From Candidatus Kaiserbacteria bacterium (GTDB lineage Bacteria; Patescibacteriota; Minisyncoccia; Phycocordibacterales; Phycocordibacteraceae), in assembly GCA_027451665.1 (NCBI GenBank), contig DAIDIW010000005.1, positions 2,955 through 66,954 of the forward strand: DNA of 64,000 nt, in the 5' to 3' direction. Position numbers and translations under genes: made by a program. The notes under the pieces were generated by a model that saw only the letters and a program-made list of their open reading frames with translations, was not told where the DNA came from and did not search any database. Positions 60,743-64,000 of this stretch are shown one piece after another. How positions within the stretch are numbered: the first letter of the stretch is position 1; the number at the start of each line of letters is the position of its first letter.

Positions 60743-61618
60743 ATGCGGGTACTCGTTACCGGCGGTGCAGGATTCATCGGATCCTATGTGGTGCGCGAGC
60801 TTCGCGCGCATGGGCACGCGGTCACGGTCTATGACTCGCTCATCTCGGGCGCGCGCGAGAACGTGCCGGAAGGCGTACCGCTCATCAAGGCAGATATCCG
60901 CGATGTCGATGCACTTCGGAATGCCGCGGAGGGCGCGGACGCCTTCGTGCATCTTGCCGCGCTCGTATCGGTGCCGGAGAGCGTCGCGCACCCGGAGGCG
61001 ACCTTCGCGGTGAACGTGGAGGGCACGCGTGGCGTGTTCGCGCTTGCGCGCGAGCGCGGTGCGCGGCTCGTGTATGCCTCCTCCGCCGCAGTCTATGGTG
61101 ACCTTCCGGGCTTGCCCAAGCGTGAAGACTCGCCGCTCGCACCGCAGTCTCCGTACGCTGAGTCGAAAGTCGAGAACGAGCGGGACGCGGCAGGCAACCC
61201 CCACTTCATAGGGCTCCGCTTCTTCAACGTGTACGGCGTGGGCCAGCGTGCGGATCATCCATACGCCTCGGTCATCCCGCGCTTCATTGCTGCAGCCAGA
61301 CGCGGCGCGCCGCTACCGCTCACCGGAGACGGCACGGCGACGCGGGATTTCGTACAGGTGCGGGACGTGGCGCGGTCGGTCCGACTTTCGATCGAGCGCG
61401 ATGCGTCAGGCGTTTGCAATATCGCGTCCGGAAAGGAGGTGGCGCTCACGGAGCTTATCGAACTCATTCGCGCGCAGGTGCCAGTCGAAGTCGAGCGGCT
61501 CCCAGCGCGAGAAGGCGATATACTGCATAGCGTAGCCGACATCGCGCGCGCGAGGATGGTCCTCAACTGGGAACCGAGCGTGCGACTCGCTGACGGTATC
61601 GCAGAATTCTTCACATGA
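60743..61618 (+). CDS. NAD-dependent epimerase/dehydratase
   Basis: TGGAGFIG, SSAAVYG, YAESK, RFFNVYG. Confidence 0.93.
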   Translation: MRVLVTGGAGFIGSYVVRELRAHGHAVTVYDSLISGARENVPEGVPLIKADIRDVDALRNAAEGADAFVHLAALVSVPESVAHPEATFAVNVEGTRGVFALARERGARLVYASSAAVYGDLPGLPKREDSPLAPQSPYAESKVENERDAAGNPHFIGLRFFNVYGVGQRADHPYASVIPRFIAAARRGAPLPLTGDGTATRDFVQVRDVARSVRLSIERDASGVCNIASGKEVALTELIELIRAQVPVEVERLPAREGDILHSVADIARARMVLNWEPSVRLADGIAEFFT

Positions 61619-62436
61619 TTATCGACGGTAGGGCGATCGCAGCTGATGTACTTGCGCGCGCGAAAGCGCGCGCGGCAAGATTACCGCATCCTCCGAAAGT
61701 GGTCGCGGTGGTAGCGAACGAGACGCCGGCCACCCGCTCGTATCTCTCGATCAAGGCGGCACGCGCCGCCGATGCCGGATGCATGCTCACGCTGAAGCGC
61801 GTACCGGAAACCGCCGACACGGAGACGATTCGCGCGGCTGCCTCGGACAGGAACGCCGATGCAGTCATCATCCAGCTCCCGCTGCCAGCGGCGGTCGATG
61901 TGCAGGTGGCTTGTGATGCGATTCCGGAAGGAAAGGATGCGGATGTTCTCGGAAGCGTCGCGCGCGCGGCCTTCATGCGCGGCGATACCGATGCGCTCCT
62001 GCCGCCGGTGGTGGGCGCCATTGCAGAGGTTATTGCGCGAGCGTCCGTATCGGTACATGGCTTGCATGCGGTCGTCATCGGATCCGGATACCTGGTCGGC
62101 GCCCCGAGTGCAGCGTGGCTTGCGCAGAACGGCGCCCAGGTTACTACCGTGAACCAGAGGTCCGGCGACCTCGCCTCGGCGCTCGGAACGGCCGATCTCG
62201 TGATTTCGGGCGCCGGTTCGGCGCATCTCGTGACGCCGGAGCTCCTCAAGAACGGCGTCGTGCTTATCGATGCCGGAACATCCGAGAGCGGCGGGGCAAT
62301 CACTGGTGATGCCGACCCCGCCTGTGCGGAGAAGGCTGCCGTATTCACGCCAGTTCCGGGCGGAGTGGGTCCGATCGCCGTCGCTAAGCTCTTTGAGAAT
62401 GCTACGATTCTCGCAGAACGCAAGGTTTCCTTTTAG
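61615..62436 (+). CDS. folD: Methylene-THF dehydrogenase/cyclohydrolase
   Basis: IIDGRAIA, IQLPLP, KDAD, TPVPGGVGP. Confidence 0.93.
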   Translation: MIIDGRAIAADVLARAKARAARLPHPPKVVAVVANETPATRSYLSIKAARAADAGCMLTLKRVPETADTETIRAAASDRNADAVIIQLPLPAAVDVQVACDAIPEGKDADVLGSVARAAFMRGDTDALLPPVVGAIAEVIARASVSVHGLHAVVIGSGYLVGAPSAAWLAQNGAQVTTVNQRSGDLASALGTADLVISGAGSAHLVTPELLKNGVVLIDAGTSESGGAITGDADPACAEKAAVFTPVPGGVGPIAVAKLFENATILAERKVSF

Positions 62437-62463
62437 CCGCAGATTTTCTATACTCTCCCCATT

Positions 62464-63777
62464 ATGACTCGCTACCGGGTGTTCGCCCTCATTGCGCTCC
62501 TCGCGGGCGTTTTGCTTGCCTATTTCGTGTGGGCGACCCAGGCAAATCCTGACAGCACGTATCAGTTCAAGCTCGGACTCGACCTCGCCGGCGGTACGGA
62601 ACTCGTTTACAAAGCTGACATGGCCTCGACTTCGCCTGCAGAACGCTCGGGCGCACTCCAGGCGCTCCAAGGGGTCATCGAACGCCGCGTGAACCTCTTC
62701 GGAGTGGCCGAGCCGCTCGTCCAGACGGAGCGTGCTTCCGCACTCTCAGGCACGACCGAGGACCGCCTTATTGTTGATCTCCCAGGTGTCACGAACATCC
62801 AGGCTGCGGTCGCAGCGCTCGGCAAGACGCCTACCTTGGATTTCGAGCTTGCGACCACGACCACCGTCGGTACGACGACCAAGACCGTGTACCAGTCGAC
62901 GGGACTGACCGGTCGATATCTCTCGGGCGCGACGCTCGGTTTTGGCAGCGGCGCGACGCAGGGTCTTGCGACCCCGCAGGTGCTCCTTCAGTTCAATAGC
63001 GCCGGCGCGAAGCTCTTCGAGCAGATCACGAAAGACAACGTCGGCCGCACGCTCGCCATCTTCCTTGACGGCCAGCCAATCTCGACGCCAGTCATCCAGG
63101 AAGCGATCCCGGGTGGGAAAGCAAGCATCACGGGCAACTTCACTGCGCAACAGGCGAAGGATCTCGTACAGAACCTGAACTTCGGCGCGTTGCCGGTGCC
63201 GATCTCGCTCGAGAGCTCGTCGTCGGTCGGCCCCACGCTCGGTGCCGCCGCCATCCAGGCGGGCGTCATTGCCGGCTTCATTGGTTTCGCGCTCGTCGCG
63301 CTCTTCATGATCGTGTGGTATCGCCTCGCGGGACTCGTCGCGGTCGTCGCGCTCGCGGAGTATCTCGCACTCATGCTCGCGGTCATCAAGGTGATTCCCG
63401 TGACGCTTACCGCTTCCGGTATCGCCGGCCTCATCATCTCGGTGGGTATGGCGGTCGATGCGAACGTGCTCATCTTCGAACGCACGAAAGAGGAGCTCCG
63501 GGAGGGCAAGGAGCCTCGCGAAGCGGTCCATATCGGATTCAATCGCGCCTGGACCGCTATCCGTGACGGCCACCTTACGATGATCATTTCGGGCATCATC
63601 CTCTTCTGGCTCGGCACGTCGATCGTTCAGGGCTTCGCACTCGTTTTCCTCCTTGGCGTCCTTGCGTCCTTCCTCTCTGCGGTCACTCTGACCCGCATCT
63701 ACCTTCTTGCGATCGTTCCCGAGCACCGCTCGAGTGCATGGCGCTTCCTGCTCTCGTCGGGCTTCCATAAATCCTAG
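62464..63777 (+). CDS. secD: Protein translocase subunit SecD
   Basis: LGLDLAGG, GALPV, GMAVDANVLIFER. Confidence 0.96.
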   Translation: MTRYRVFALIALLAGVLLAYFVWATQANPDSTYQFKLGLDLAGGTELVYKADMASTSPAERSGALQALQGVIERRVNLFGVAEPLVQTERASALSGTTEDRLIVDLPGVTNIQAAVAALGKTPTLDFELATTTTVGTTTKTVYQSTGLTGRYLSGATLGFGSGATQGLATPQVLLQFNSAGAKLFEQITKDNVGRTLAIFLDGQPISTPVIQEAIPGGKASITGNFTAQQAKDLVQNLNFGALPVPISLESSSSVGPTLGAAAIQAGVIAGFIGFALVALFMIVWYRLAGLVAVVALAEYLALMLAVIKVIPVTLTASGIAGLIISVGMAVDANVLIFERTKEELREGKEPREAVHIGFNRAWTAIRDGHLTMIISGIILFWLGTSIVQGFALVFLLGVLASFLSAVTLTRIYLLAIVPEHRSSAWRFLLSSGFHKS

Positions 63778-63781
63778 GCCT

Positions 63782-64000
63782 ATGTTTATCGCTACGCATC
63801 GTAAAATTTTCTTCTGGATCACGGGCCTAGTCATGGCCGCGGCCATCGGCGCCATCGTCTTCTATGGCTTGCCACTCGGCATAGACTTCACGGGCGGTTC
63901 TCTCATGCAGGTCTCGTTCCCGCACGGCCGCCCGGCGCTCGCAACGATCGAACAGGAGGTCGCGACGGTCCCCTTAGGTGCAATATCGGTCATTCCCGTG
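63782..64000 (+). CDS. secF: Protein translocase subunit SecF (partial)
   Basis: MFIATHRKIFF...LGIDFTGGS; follows secD and runs off the window. Confidence 0.9.
   Translation, partial: MFIATHRKIFFWITGLVMAAAIGAIVFYGLPLGIDFTGGSLMQVSFPHGRPALATIEQEVATVPLGAISVIPV

Overview
GC-rich bacterial chromosome segment that looks like Patescibacteria/CPR (Parcubacteria-like). Supporting signs are rplK without a following rplA, an unlinked 23S-5S locus with a group I intron, homodimeric GlyRS, tRNA genes without encoded CCA, and many apparently leaderless genes. Bases 1-~7.3 kb are the right end of an integrated phage-like element. It carries a terminase large subunit missed by the ORF track, a small terminase-like HTH, two DNA methyltransferases, an XRE-HTH/ImmA-IrrE switch with an operator palindrome, a coupled MBL-hydrolase + membrane-protein pair (candidate defence module), and a structured element ending in a tRNA-3'-like att remnant. 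The rest is mostly core genome: 4 tRNAs, ribosomal proteins, secE-nusG-rplK, a dTMP/folate cluster with extra uncharacterised nucleotide enzymes, argS/ileS/glyQS/metG, recA, ftsK, a 1132-aa S-layer-like protein, 23S-5S rRNA, rodA, glycosylation genes, folD and secDF. The most striking signals are (1) a 270-nt L2593 group I intron with a canonical IGS plus a competing perfect 16-bp anti-5'-splice-site helix, (2) the HTH/peptidase-preceded MBL+TM pair, (3) an independently transcribed structured RNA between argS and ileS containing an MRRRRR micro-ORF, (4) GGACA repeats in and around a winged-helix gene, and (5) a shared N-terminal module on two secreted proteins. All calls are by eye; no database search or folding program was run.
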